A DNA stretch of 64,000 nt from Candidatus Obscuribacteraceae bacterium (GTDB lineage: Bacteria; Cyanobacteriota; Vampirovibrionia; Obscuribacterales; Obscuribacteraceae), in contig JBGAHS010000010.1 of the NCBI GenBank assembly GCA_044226015.1, forward strand, positions 320,001 to 384,000, written 5' to 3'. Numbering within the stretch: the first letter of the stretch is position 1; each line of letters starts with the position of its first letter. The notes under the pieces were generated by a model, which saw only the letters and a program-made list of their open reading frames with translations, did not search any database and had not been told where the DNA came from. Position numbers and translations under genes: made by a program. This document shows positions 30,665-40,165 of the stretch, in pieces.

Positions 30665-32785
30665 TTAGTCGTTATAGTTCTGACCCCAACCCACTTCTTG
30701 TCTGTTTTCCTGCTCTTCATCTTGATTAGATGCACCAGAGAAAGGCAACTCTAATTGAATTGTTTCTTGTGATGACTCTGAGTTTTCTTGTTGCTCTTCG
30801 CCATTGTGCTCATCATGACCGTTCTCGTGTTCATGCGAATGGCGTGTTTCATCCGTTGCACCTTCGCCTGGCTCAGAGTGCTCTTGATGATATGGTTCAC
30901 GCGATTGCGCTTCGTCTTCAGACAAAACTTCTGCAGCAGAATACTCGTCTGCTTTATCTTTAGGTTTTAGTCTGTAAATTCCAGTGACAGGATCGATCTC
31001 GGTCTCAAAGTCGCTTTCTGGTAGAGGCGCTGGCTCGCTAATCTGATGGACCTCGCTTGCGGTGACAACTTCTTCTTCGACTTCTGGCTCTACTTCGGTT
31101 GCTGCCAACGAGACTTCTTCTTCATCAGGCATAACTACGGTAGCCTTTTCGAAAACCGGCTCATCGTCATCATCATCATCGTTATCATCATCGAGATCAT
31201 CACTGACAGAGGTTTCCTGAACAGGTTCAGCTTGAATTAACAGCTCTTCCTCAGCTTCCTTGTCGCCATCTTCCTCATCATTGTTGTTGAATTTGCGTGA
31301 GGGACCGAATTCATGTCCGCCAAGCAATTCTTCCGGCATTTGATCAAGAATTTCAACAGGAACATCGATTTCTTCAGTTACTTCTTCGTCTGCTTCCATT
31401 TCTGGTTCGAAGTCTTGAACTGATTGTTGCAATCTTCCATTTGTCGCTGATACAGCGCGAAACTGTGAAGGCTGGTTGCTGCGTGTTGCTGCACCCCGCA
31501 ATTGCTGCTGTTTGCCGCCTTTGCCTTTGCTAGACTCTTCATCTTTGTTGGGCAGCGAGATCACTTTGCGGAACTCACCAGTGCCCAATGTGAGAGTGGG
31601 TACTGCACCTGTGCCGGAACAGTGAGGACATTGCTCTGCAAACAGTTCGCGCAGGCTCTGTCCCTGACGGCGTCTTGTTAATTCAACAAGTCCGAGGTCA
31701 GACATCTGACCCATTTGCGGTTTTGCACGATCTTCTTCCAGCGAACGGTTGAACATTTCGAGAACTTGTTGCTGATCTCTTCTGCTTTCCATGTCGATGA
31801 AATCTACAATCACCATACCACCGATGTTGCGCAAACGCAGTTGACGTGGAATTTCTTGTGCGGCTTCCATGTTCGTTTTGCGAACTGTTTCAGCTTGCGT
31901 ACGTGAACTAGTGAAGCGTCCAGAGTTTACGTCGATAACAGTCAACGCTTCGGTAGGTTGAATGTTCAAATGTCCACCCGATGGAAGGTCTGCTCTATCG
32001 GAAAGAACAGATTCGATGTCCTTATCGATTCCTTTTGAAATCAGAAGCGGATCATCACCCTGGTGATGCAGAACCTTGGTTGTTCTTCCTGCCCAACCCG
32101 ACATGAATTCTGAAGCGCGCTTTTGTCCGTCTGCAGTGTCTACAAGAATTTCACTAACATCTGTTGAGTATGCATCGCGAATTACACGGTACAGAAGATC
32201 TTGATCGCGATAAACAAGTTTTGGTCCAATAGAGGCTTCGCCTTCGGATACTATTGTTTGCCAACGATCCCACAATTGTTCGAAATCTTCGAACAAGGAC
32301 GCTTCGTTTTGTCCTTTGGCTTCTGTTCTGATAATTACGCCTACACCTGGCGGTTTCATCAGAGTAACAACTGATTTCAATCTAGCTCTTTCTTTCGATT
32401 CGCTGATGCGACGTGAAATTGAAATTCCGCGCTCTTCTGGTACCAGTACCAGGAAGCGTCCAGGCAAGCTTATTGCGGTCGACACTCTCGGTCCTTTGTG
32501 ACCAGTTGGCTCTTTGGTGATTTGCACTAGTAGCTTCTGCTTGGGAACAAGTCTGTCTCTCAGTGCTCCTTCCCCCGGAATGTCATTGGCGTGCAGGAAG
32601 CCCATTTTGTCTTTGCCGAGATTCACGAATGCTGCATCAATGCCAGGCAATATGTTCTCGACGATAGCGACATAGATGTCGCCTAACAATAACTCTCCTC
32701 TGTTGACGAAGAATTCGACAACACGATCATTCTCCATGAGTGCTGCGATGTTATCCGCTTCTGAAATTATGATTGACTTTTTCAT
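30665..32785 (-). CDS. rne: Ribonuclease E/G with long acidic C-terminal tail
   Basis: GDIY..VENILPGIDAAFVNLG, QITKEPTGHKGPR, EALTVIDVNSG, LRLRNIGGMVIVDFIDM, CPHCSGTG. Confidence 0.95.
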   Translation of the reverse strand: MKKSIIISEADNIAALMENDRVVEFFVNRGELLLGDIYVAIVENILPGIDAAFVNLGKDKMGFLHANDIPGEGALRDRLVPKQKLLVQITKEPTGHKGPRVSTAISLPGRFLVLVPEERGISISRRISESKERARLKSVVTLMKPPGVGVIIRTEAKGQNEASLFEDFEQLWDRWQTIVSEGEASIGPKLVYRDQDLLYRVIRDAYSTDVSEILVDTADGQKRASEFMSGWAGRTTKVLHHQGDDPLLISKGIDKDIESVLSDRADLPSGGHLNIQPTEALTVIDVNSGRFTSSRTQAETVRKTNMEAAQEIPRQLRLRNIGGMVIVDFIDMESRRDQQQVLEMFNRSLEEDRAKPQMGQMSDLGLVELTRRRQGQSLRELFAEQCPHCSGTGAVPTLTLGTGEFRKVISLPNKDEESSKGKGGKQQQLRGAATRSNQPSQFRAVSATNGRLQQSVQDFEPEMEADEEVTEEIDVPVEILDQMPEELLGGHEFGPSRKFNNNDEEDGDKEAEEELLIQAEPVQETSVSDDLDDDNDDDDDDEPVFEKATVVMPDEEEVSLAATEVEPEVEEEVVTASEVHQISEPAPLPESDFETEIDPVTGIYRLKPKDKADEYSAAEVLSEDEAQSREPYHQEHSEPGEGATDETRHSHEHENGHDEHNGEEQQENSESSQETIQLELPFSGASNQDEEQENRQEVGWGQNYND

Positions 32786-32894
32786 GGCAATATTGTTCTT
32801 GCTCCTTAGGTCTTAAGCCACAGCTGCAGCCGGTCTTGCCGTTGCATCCATGTCGTATTTTGTTTGTAGGGAATTTTGTTTTGTCATCATTGAA

Positions 32895-35648
32895 CTAAAC
32901 ACTTGCATCGAAAATCACGCGACCGTCATCAGTTCTGAGGTCGGCGCGTGTGAGGTGCCAGGACGCATCTGGCAAAACCAACTTTAGAATTTCGGTTGGT
33001 TTTAGGTGCGCCCTTGAGCCGTGTGATAAGCAAAATTCGATGCTGAGCGGGTCAACATTCGAAAGCCTTATCGAAAAAATGTTCGGTCTAATATTCTTGA
33101 ACTTTGGTGCTTCTTCTTTTGGAGTGGAAGAATGCTTACCTTTGCCCTTGCGATCTGCCTTTTTAGATTTGGCAGAAGAGCTTTGTTCAATCATTATTTC
33201 TGATTGGTCCAGAATATTATGAATTTTGGCTTCCAACTCATCTCTTGTAAGCGTGCTCTTGCTTGATGAGTCTTGAGCGCAGTCATCCGCGGTGTACTTC
33301 TTTATCACCGCTTTGTAGGAAGCTCTTCCAACAAGAGTGGCAAGAGAAGGTGCATTCTTCTCTACCTTGCGAGCTCTTCCTAATTGGATCTCCGCTGGCA
33401 ATTGAGCATTTAAGCGAATACGAAGATCTTCAGGATCTATGTCTTCGCTTAGCTCGAAATCAGCCAGTTCAGCGTCACCTTCTGCGAATAAAGGCAGTGA
33501 AAGTGCGATTGAAACTTTCGGACTGGGATTGAATCCCTCAGTGTATGCAAATGGCAGCTCAGCTCTGCGTCCTGCTCTGATGAGCAAGTGTTGCAAATCG
33601 AGATGCGATATAAACTTCAAATCTGCGTGTTTTGAAAATTCAAAACGAATACGCGACTTAACTTGATTGCTGGGCGTCTCTGCAGCTTTTTCAAAGAACA
33701 GTGATGGGTGAACATCTCCATCGCTTTCTACGTGCACTGCTAGCTCCTTCACAAAAGGATTTTTCTTCATCACTTCTGGTTTTGGTGCCGCAAGATGATG
33801 TTCAGTATCAAGCTCAGTACAAACTCCACAAGCATGGCATGTGTTTTCGGTACATGGTGCGGTTTCTTGAACAGCAACCGCCTTTTCCCATTCCTTTTTC
33901 AACCACCAGTCAGCTAGACCCACATGTACAATGTCCCATGCCTGTCGTTTTCCAACTTCGCGATCGCGACCTGCTTCATCTTCAAGCGAGATGTTTAGCT
34001 TCTGAGCTTCCTCAGCCCAAATTTGGGGTTTGAAGTGTTCGTCCCAGGCATCGAAAGTGCAGCCTCGCTTGAACACGTTATGAATCAAATCGCCAATTTT
34101 TCTGTCACCGCGCGAGATAACGGCTTCCATCATGCTAATGGGTCCATTCGTGAAATTGAAATAGACGTTTCTCAGACCGGAAGCTCTCAGTGCATCACGC
34201 AAGTATTGTTGTTTGCGGGCGAATTCTTCAACACTGTTCTGTCCGAACCATTGAAATGGTGTGAACGGTTTCGGAACAAAATTTGAAATCGTGCAAGTAA
34301 ATTCGATGCCTTTCTTGAACTCATCGGGGTCGCCTTCTCTGCGGATGCGACGGCATAATTCAGTCGCTTCTTTCAAGGTAGCGATGATGCCATCAAGGTC
34401 TTCATCGCGTTCGGTCGGCAAACCAATCATGTAATAGAGTTTGACGGAACTCCAGCCTGATCTGTAAGCTGCATCGATAGCGTTGATGATTTGCTCGTGG
34501 CGCAGTCCTTTGTTTATTACTGCTCGCAATCTCTCGGTGCCTGCTTCAGGCGCGAGAGTGATACCAGATTTCCTGACTACTTTCAGTTCTTCTGCTATTT
34601 CCAAATTCATGCGATCTGCACGCTGTGATGGAAATGACATTGATGTTCGCTGTGCAGCGTGAATTTGATTTAGAGATCTGACAGATTCATGCAAACTGGT
34701 GTAATCACTTACACAAAGCGAAAGCATGGAGTATTCTTCATATCCAGATTTTTTGATTGCTTCCTGGCTCAGCCTGACGAGATCATCAGCTGAACGTTCG
34801 CGAACCGGAAGGAATGTATAACCAGGCTGACAAAATCTGCAGCCCCGATCGCATCCCCTGCGGACTTCTAATACCTGTCTGTCATGCACGAGAGATAGAT
34901 AAGGAACAATGCCAGTTGTTGGCTGATTCTCATCATTCAACTGCGAGACCTGGCGCAAAATGCGATTTGGCGCCTCTTCAATAGTTGCTTTTACAAAAGG
35001 GCTATCAGGTCTTTCTTCGTAAAAACATGGAACATACACGCCAGAAACTCTTGCCAGCTTTTTAAGCAATGCGATTCGCAAAGCTGCTGGGTCACCAGTT
35101 TCCAGGTCTTCTTTTGCCTTGAATTCTTTTACCACGTTCATTGTTTCAACGATTGCTTGCTCGCCGTCACCAATGATGAAAAAGTCCATGAAATGAGCCA
35201 TGGGCTCTGGGTTCACTGTCGAGGGACCACCACCGAATACTAGAGGGAAAATGCTCTTGCGGTCTTTTGCGTTAAGCGGAATTTGTGCAAGTTCCAACAT
35301 ATTCAAAACGTTCGTATAGCAAAGCTCGTAAGCTAGGGAAAATCCGAGCAGCTCGAAATTATGCAAGGCTTCTTTGCTTTCCCAGCCCCAGAGTGGCAAC
35401 TGAGTTTCCCTCATCAGTGCTTCCATGTCTCTTCCTGGAGCATAGGTTCGGTCACACATCAGATCGGGAGTGCTGTTTACTATCTGATAAAGAATGCGTT
35501 GACCGAAATTGGACATTCCAAGTTCGTACAAATCGGGAAAGGCGAGACTCAGATGTACTTTCGTCTCGTTGAATGGCTTGCGGATGGCTCCCCACTCGTT
35601 GCCGAGATACTGACCGGGGCGCTCAACCTTGTAAAGCAAGTCATCCAT
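32895..35648 (-). CDS. TIGR03960-type radical SAM protein fused to a DUF2344 (TIGR03936) domain
   Basis: RPGQYLGNE, FPDLYELGMSN, RGCDRGCRFC, FVPKPFTPFQW; C-terminal FISHLDLQHLL...EGFNPSPK. Start moved to ATG 35648 because the ORF-track TTG 35822 lies inside the 6S-like RNA. Confidence 0.9.
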   Translation of the reverse strand: MDDLLYKVERPGQYLGNEWGAIRKPFNETKVHLSLAFPDLYELGMSNFGQRILYQIVNSTPDLMCDRTYAPGRDMEALMRETQLPLWGWESKEALHNFELLGFSLAYELCYTNVLNMLELAQIPLNAKDRKSIFPLVFGGGPSTVNPEPMAHFMDFFIIGDGEQAIVETMNVVKEFKAKEDLETGDPAALRIALLKKLARVSGVYVPCFYEERPDSPFVKATIEEAPNRILRQVSQLNDENQPTTGIVPYLSLVHDRQVLEVRRGCDRGCRFCQPGYTFLPVRERSADDLVRLSQEAIKKSGYEEYSMLSLCVSDYTSLHESVRSLNQIHAAQRTSMSFPSQRADRMNLEIAEELKVVRKSGITLAPEAGTERLRAVINKGLRHEQIINAIDAAYRSGWSSVKLYYMIGLPTERDEDLDGIIATLKEATELCRRIRREGDPDEFKKGIEFTCTISNFVPKPFTPFQWFGQNSVEEFARKQQYLRDALRASGLRNVYFNFTNGPISMMEAVISRGDRKIGDLIHNVFKRGCTFDAWDEHFKPQIWAEEAQKLNISLEDEAGRDREVGKRQAWDIVHVGLADWWLKKEWEKAVAVQETAPCTENTCHACGVCTELDTEHHLAAPKPEVMKKNPFVKELAVHVESDGDVHPSLFFEKAAETPSNQVKSRIRFEFSKHADLKFISHLDLQHLLIRAGRRAELPFAYTEGFNPSPKVSIALSLPLFAEGDAELADFELSEDIDPEDLRIRLNAQLPAEIQLGRARKVEKNAPSLATLVGRASYKAVIKKYTADDCAQDSSSKSTLTRDELEAKIHNILDQSEIMIEQSSSAKSKKADRKGKGKHSSTPKEEAPKFKNIRPNIFSIRLSNVDPLSIEFCLSHGSRAHLKPTEILKLVLPDASWHLTRADLRTDDGRVIFDASV

Positions 35649-35785
35649 GAGGGTCTTGCTTATAAAATCGGACTTTAATGCTAGCTTTCTATCGGCTGTC
35701 GCGGCACTGCCGGACAGACTTGCAACTGAGTGGTTGATTTTACCGTACTCCCACAAACTTACCTGTGACGCCCCTGACCCTGCTA

Positions 35786-35934
35786 GTCTCACCGCTGGTC
35801 GGAGGAAAGAATCAAACTTCAAATTTTTTCCGAGCTTGCTGAACTCAGCGTTTGCTCGATGCTTTACCAGTCAAGGGAAGTCGCTGATGCACTCCCTCCG
35901 GAGGAAGCCGGTGTTCTGAGATTCAGAGACCGTG
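35786..35934 (-). ncRNA. ssrS: 6S RNA (compact), ends approximate
   Basis: Rod-shaped fold with a central bubble; GGAGGGAG..CA..ACTTC..TTG.CTGGT and AAGTTTGA.TC segments resemble cyanobacterial 6S RNA as I recall it; TAGAAT -10 just upstream. Confidence 0.7.
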
Positions 35935-35940
35935 GCTCAC

Positions 35941-35946
35941 ATTCTA
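35941..35946 (-). promoter_or_regulatory. -10 element for the 6S-like RNA
   Basis: TAGAAT on the minus strand, ~7 nt before the predicted RNA 5' end. Confidence 0.5.
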
Positions 35947-36177
35947 CTATATGCCCGGTCCTATGCCTCATGCACTTACGAAGCATGAAGAAGTTAAAAT
36001 ATCTATTAGGAAGTGTTTCTTGCTAATCAAGCGGACGGGGATTGTTGCATATTGCGGCAAAGCGGATCTTGCCTTAAGCTTGAGGTAGGCATAGCTAAGC
36101 TGATTTTAATCATTCTGGCGGCGTGAGCTGTCAGTTTATAAGTCGTTCTATTTCAACTGTCTTGCAAAGGGCAAATC

Positions 36178-36537
36178 GTGATCCTAGAGGCGTTTTCTAA
36201 ATATCTCCAGTCCAGTGACCCCGAGCGTTCGGCTGTCAATGTGTTGGTGCAATGGCTCTGGGAACGACTAAGTTTGCCGGCACAAAATAATGTAGACAGA
36301 GTCATTAAACATGAGATTGGCATTGAGCGTGGTGAAACCCCTGGAAAGTCTGAAGAGCTTGCTCCATTTGCTGAAAGCGGAGAAACTGCAAAATATACTT
36401 TCGTTGCTTTATCGAGCAGCGGTAATCGATTATTGAATTCTCTCTATGAGTATGCGATGAGTTATGAGCAACAAAAGTGGTCCAGATGGGTGCACTGTGT
36501 TAAAGCCAGCGATTTTAAAATGACACGCCATGACTGA
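36178..36537 (+). CDS. Hypothetical protein
   Basis: 119-aa ORF, GTG start, 10 bp before the next co-oriented gene. Confidence 0.7.
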   Translation: MILEAFSKYLQSSDPERSAVNVLVQWLWERLSLPAQNNVDRVIKHEIGIERGETPGKSEELAPFAESGETAKYTFVALSSSGNRLLNSLYEYAMSYEQQKWSRWVHCVKASDFKMTRHD

Positions 36538-36547
36538 GTTGAGCTAA

Positions 36548-37030
36548 ATGAAATGTCCTAATCGGTTAATTCTTCCAATATTTGCAATCGCCTTAATCAT
36601 GGCTCTGCTTATCTGGTTCGCTCCCCGTTTATTGGCTGCAGAGAATTTAAGATTGCGAGAAGGTCTATCTTATGTGCACGATCTGGATAAAGGCTTTCCG
36701 ATAATTGCAGACAAGATGGATGATGTGAAACTCGACGGCGGGCGTCCTGTGCTCATCTTTTTTGGTGCTGCAGGTGATCTAAACACAAACCGGCAAGCCA
36801 AGCGCGTTGTTGATATGTACAGGAAATACAAAGACCAGCTCAAATTTCTTGTTGTTGATGTTGACCACGGTACGAGCCCCGAACTTAAGCAGCTTTTGAA
36901 AAACTACTATCAAGGCTATATTCCGCAGGAAGTTCTTATTGATAAGGACGGAAAGACTTTCTGGACGCACATAGGCGAAGTCGATTCCGGTTCGTTATCT
37001 AATCAAATTGACAAAATGCTGGCACATTAA
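36548..37030 (+). CDS. Exported/anchored thioredoxin-fold protein lacking CxxC
   Basis: N-terminal hydrophobic helix; RPVLIFF, FLVVDVD, IPQEVLIDKDGK fit a Trx fold; no active-site Cys pair. Confidence 0.75.
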   Translation: MKCPNRLILPIFAIALIMALLIWFAPRLLAAENLRLREGLSYVHDLDKGFPIIADKMDDVKLDGGRPVLIFFGAAGDLNTNRQAKRVVDMYRKYKDQLKFLVVDVDHGTSPELKQLLKNYYQGYIPQEVLIDKDGKTFWTHIGEVDSGSLSNQIDKMLAH

Positions 37031-37866
37031 TTGCGGTGTTTCAGATTAGCGTCGAGAGTTGCCACCAATTCTAGTGGCAATCGAACAGTTCCAATTGTGG
37101 GTGGATAATCCTCAAATGGACCGTGACAGTCCGACCCACCTGTTACAAGCAAGCCGTTCTCTCTAGCCATTTTCAAATATTTCTTGACCATCGAATTTGT
37201 ATGACCGCGGTGATAAGCTTCGATTGCGTCGAGCCTCGACTTCTTTAGTTCAATCACTAATTCTGGGATGAAGTCATCTTTACCGGGATGTGCAAGTGAT
37301 GCTATGCCACCTGATGACTGAATAGCTTCGATTGCTTGCTCAGGCGTGATCGATCGTCTTTCAATCTTGTATTCAGAGTCGCGGTTCAATAGCATGCGGT
37401 AAGCATTGCTCACATCTTTGCAAACGCCTTTCTTCACCATCGCCTTGCAGATATGCGGACGACCCAGGCTGCCTTTGCCGGCTTCATCAATAACGTCTTG
37501 CAGGCTGAGATTGAACCCTTTTGCATTGATTGCCTCTAGCGTCTCATTGATATGCTCAACGCGTGCACTCTGTTGAAGCTTGATTGCGTCCTGAAGCGCC
37601 TTTGCGTTTGGGTCTATGTAATACCCTAAAATATGGACATCTTGTTTGATGCCTTTGGTATTTCTCCAGATGGTATTGAATTCAATACCATCGATTGTTC
37701 TGATCTTAGCTTCGGCGGCGAGCCTAAATTCATTGAGCCCTTCCACTGTGTCGTGGTCTGTCAGAGCAATAACCTTGAAATTTCGTTCGCAAGCTGCATT
37801 TACAAGCTCTGCAGGACTCCAGTTCCCATCAGAATAATATGTGTGCAAGTGGAGGTCCGCTGTCAT
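37027..37866 (-). CDS. PHP-domain phosphoesterase (TrpH/YciV-like)
   Basis: DLHLHTYYSDG, ALTDHDT, VHILGY, GRPHI, LAHP, GGSDCHG. Confidence 0.92.
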   Translation of the reverse strand: MTADLHLHTYYSDGNWSPAELVNAACERNFKVIALTDHDTVEGLNEFRLAAEAKIRTIDGIEFNTIWRNTKGIKQDVHILGYYIDPNAKALQDAIKLQQSARVEHINETLEAINAKGFNLSLQDVIDEAGKGSLGRPHICKAMVKKGVCKDVSNAYRMLLNRDSEYKIERRSITPEQAIEAIQSSGGIASLAHPGKDDFIPELVIELKKSRLDAIEAYHRGHTNSMVKKYLKMARENGLLVTGGSDCHGPFEDYPPTIGTVRLPLELVATLDANLKHRN

Positions 37867-38657
37867 TTGACTGCTTCTTCCTCAAATCTAATTCTATTAA
37901 TTTCAGTTGCTCTGCCTGTCTCTTTGTCAATGGTTACGGATAATCCGCAGGCAGCAGCCTGTCCTTCGGCAACTTCGAAACGAGAAGGAAGTTGTTGCAC
38001 CATTCTTCTGAAAACGCCTTCAATCTGCATTCCAATGACTCCATTCATGGGACCGCAGGCTCCAGCGTCGGTCAGATATGCTGTTCCTTTAGGTAATATG
38101 CGCTCATCTGCTGTTTGCACGTGAGTGTGGGTTCCAACAACAACTGAGACTCTTCCATCGAGATACCAACCCATCGCAATTTTCTCTGCTGTAGCCTCAG
38201 CGTGAAAGTCGACAAAAATGATGTTAGTCTCTTTTTGTATCTCTTTTAGCAATTCATCGGCAATCAAGAATGGAGAGCGAAGTGGCTCCATGAATACTCT
38301 GCCATGAAGATTCAACACTGCAATTTTGCAGCCCGCGACCTCGACTATGCAATAACCTTTTCCTGGGGTGCCGTCGGGGTAGTTAGCAGGTCTTAGAAGC
38401 GTGGGGTGCTTATCTATGAAGTCAAAGATCTCGCGACGATCAAAAGTATGATTTCCCCCAGAAAATACCTTTACACCAGCCTCGGTAAGTTCATTCAGGT
38501 GTGTTTCCTGCACGCCAAAACCGTGGGCAGCGTTTTCGACATTGGCTATGATCAGATCTGCTTCAGGTTTCTTAGTCTTCAAATAAGTGCAAAGTGCTCT
38601 GCGCCCTGGCTTTCCAATGACGTCCCCAAAAAACACAATCTTTAATGTCTGACTCAT
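37863..38657 (-). CDS. ymdB: YmdB / TIGR00282 metallophosphoesterase
   Basis: FFGDVIGKPGR, NVENAAHG, GNHTFD, RPANYP, DFHAEATAEK, GTHTHVQTAD. Confidence 0.93.
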   Translation of the reverse strand: MSQTLKIVFFGDVIGKPGRRALCTYLKTKKPEADLIIANVENAAHGFGVQETHLNELTEAGVKVFSGGNHTFDRREIFDFIDKHPTLLRPANYPDGTPGKGYCIVEVAGCKIAVLNLHGRVFMEPLRSPFLIADELLKEIQKETNIIFVDFHAEATAEKIAMGWYLDGRVSVVVGTHTHVQTADERILPKGTAYLTDAGACGPMNGVIGMQIEGVFRRMVQQLPSRFEVAEGQAAACGLSVTIDKETGRATEINRIRFEEEAVK

Positions 38658-38730
38658 TCCTCAAGCATACCGTAAAATAAAGCATGAGGTCGATTCCTAA
38701 ATTGAATCTTTCGGAAACTTCAATAACGCT

Positions 38731-39552
38731 TTGGGTGGTGACAACTTGAGATCGCAAATTAGCTCAGCTTTATTGATTGCAACCTTGTGTTCGCACGCCT
38801 GTGTGCTCTCAATATCTGTGCAGCCATTGCTGGCTCAATCAAGCAACTCGGCGAAAACAACTGCGTCGCTAGCTGTCAAAAAGAGTACAAACGAAAGCAC
38901 TGTTCAGGCAGAGAAAAAAACAGCGGCGATAAAGACAATCACTGCGCGTTCACAAACAGCTAACGACGGCACAGCGGGAAAAGCTCTGCCTTCAAAGAAA
39001 GAATTACAGGCTGGCAATCAAAGCAAGTCGGACAATAGTGCTGGATCGAAAAAGCCGGAAGGAAAACATTCACAAACCATGCCTGTTTCGCATACAGCTC
39101 GTGCTGGCCTGGTGCCACCGCCACCGCCTGTAGTGCCTACTATCGGCCCCGAAGGCATGATGGGAATGGGTCCCATGATTTTTGTTGGCGAAAATGTTGA
39201 GTATATGCCACTTGCTGACGTACTTGAACTCAAGGACAAGACTTCAAAGGATATAGAGAAGACAAAGAGATCTCTTGATGATTTGACCTCTCTGGCAAGC
39301 GAAAAATCTCAAAGAGCCGTCAATTTCGATGCATTGTATGCTCAGGGCGTAGTGAGCAAGCGCGAGCTAGAAGCTAGCAAGCGTGAAGATGAGAGCACAG
39401 CTCGTGAATTGACTGATCAAAAACAGAATCTTTCAGTTTTAGAGCAGAAGATGGCGCGCATCGAAAAGCGTATTGCTGATTTGAACAAGAAAAAGGCTTT
39501 CAGTAAATCAACTACGAAAACCAATAAAGGCATGTCAAAAAAACGTAGCTAA
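38731..39552 (+). CDS. Secreted hypothetical protein with a coiled-coil region
   Basis: Signal peptide, LVPPPPP, coiled coil with LYAQGVVSKRELE (resembles a membrane-fusion-protein hairpin). Confidence 0.7.
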   Translation: MGGDNLRSQISSALLIATLCSHACVLSISVQPLLAQSSNSAKTTASLAVKKSTNESTVQAEKKTAAIKTITARSQTANDGTAGKALPSKKELQAGNQSKSDNSAGSKKPEGKHSQTMPVSHTARAGLVPPPPPVVPTIGPEGMMGMGPMIFVGENVEYMPLADVLELKDKTSKDIEKTKRSLDDLTSLASEKSQRAVNFDALYAQGVVSKRELEASKREDESTARELTDQKQNLSVLEQKMARIEKRIADLNKKKAFSKSTTKTNKGMSKKRS

Positions 39553-39553
39553 C

Positions 39554-40153
39554 TCAAAACAATGCGTAGATCATTGGAGCTAATGGCGTGGTTTGCACAA
39601 AAAACACCATCAGCCCCCAAGCTAATCCGACAAATAAACAAGGCAGAATTAAGATATCGCCATTTTTGCCAAAGTAATTGAGCATTTGGAAAATATAGTT
39701 TTGAGTCTTTTTCTTGCCACTGGATATAATGGCGCCTTCGTCCGTCGAACTTTTTCTTGTCCAGCCCTCAAAGTCTCCACAGGAGTCATTCCAGGTATAG
39801 AAAGGATCCTTCCCTTTTACCTTTTGCATAATCATGCCGAGTGGTGATACGACAACAATATAGAGGAGAAGAAGTACTAGTTTGAAGACCATTCCTGAAA
39901 CGAAGCTTCCTGTGCGCTCTATAACTCTTCGAGGCAACTCGAGAATTTCAGGCGTGCCAAATCCGAGCAAAAGTAGAAAATTACCAGCGATGAGCCAGCT
40001 CAGCGCATATTTGTTCAATTGAATAAAGTAATGGTATGCACCCAAAAGTGTGAACACCCAACCTAGCGTTTGTCCAAATATCACATTCGAACGAATCATC
40101 TCGTCTTTGATTCGAGCTTTTCGTCTTTTGAAATAACCTGACTCTGTTCTCAT
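39554..40153 (-). CDS. SxtJ-like membrane protein fused to a C-terminal SxtK/DUF5989-like peptide
   Basis: IFG...W, LLLLYIVVVSPLGMIMQKVKGKDP (SxtJ-like); C-terminus VQTTPLAPMIYALF (DUF5989-like APFIYxLF). Confidence 0.7.
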   Translation of the reverse strand: MRTESGYFKRRKARIKDEMIRSNVIFGQTLGWVFTLLGAYHYFIQLNKYALSWLIAGNFLLLLGFGTPEILELPRRVIERTGSFVSGMVFKLVLLLLYIVVVSPLGMIMQKVKGKDPFYTWNDSCGDFEGWTRKSSTDEGAIISSGKKKTQNYIFQMLNYFGKNGDILILPCLFVGLAWGLMVFFVQTTPLAPMIYALF

Positions 40154-40165
40154 CTCACAAGTTAC

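Noticed and set aside
4399..33967. HIP1 (GCGATCGC) enrichment
   Set aside because: I noticed only two copies (4399, 33960) by eye, not the high density typical of many oxygenic cyanobacteria; not exhaustively counted.
35649..35822. 58-aa N-terminal extension of the radical SAM ORF
   Set aside because: It overlaps the 6S-like RNA, and family-like sequence begins only near MDDLLYKVERPGQYLGNE.
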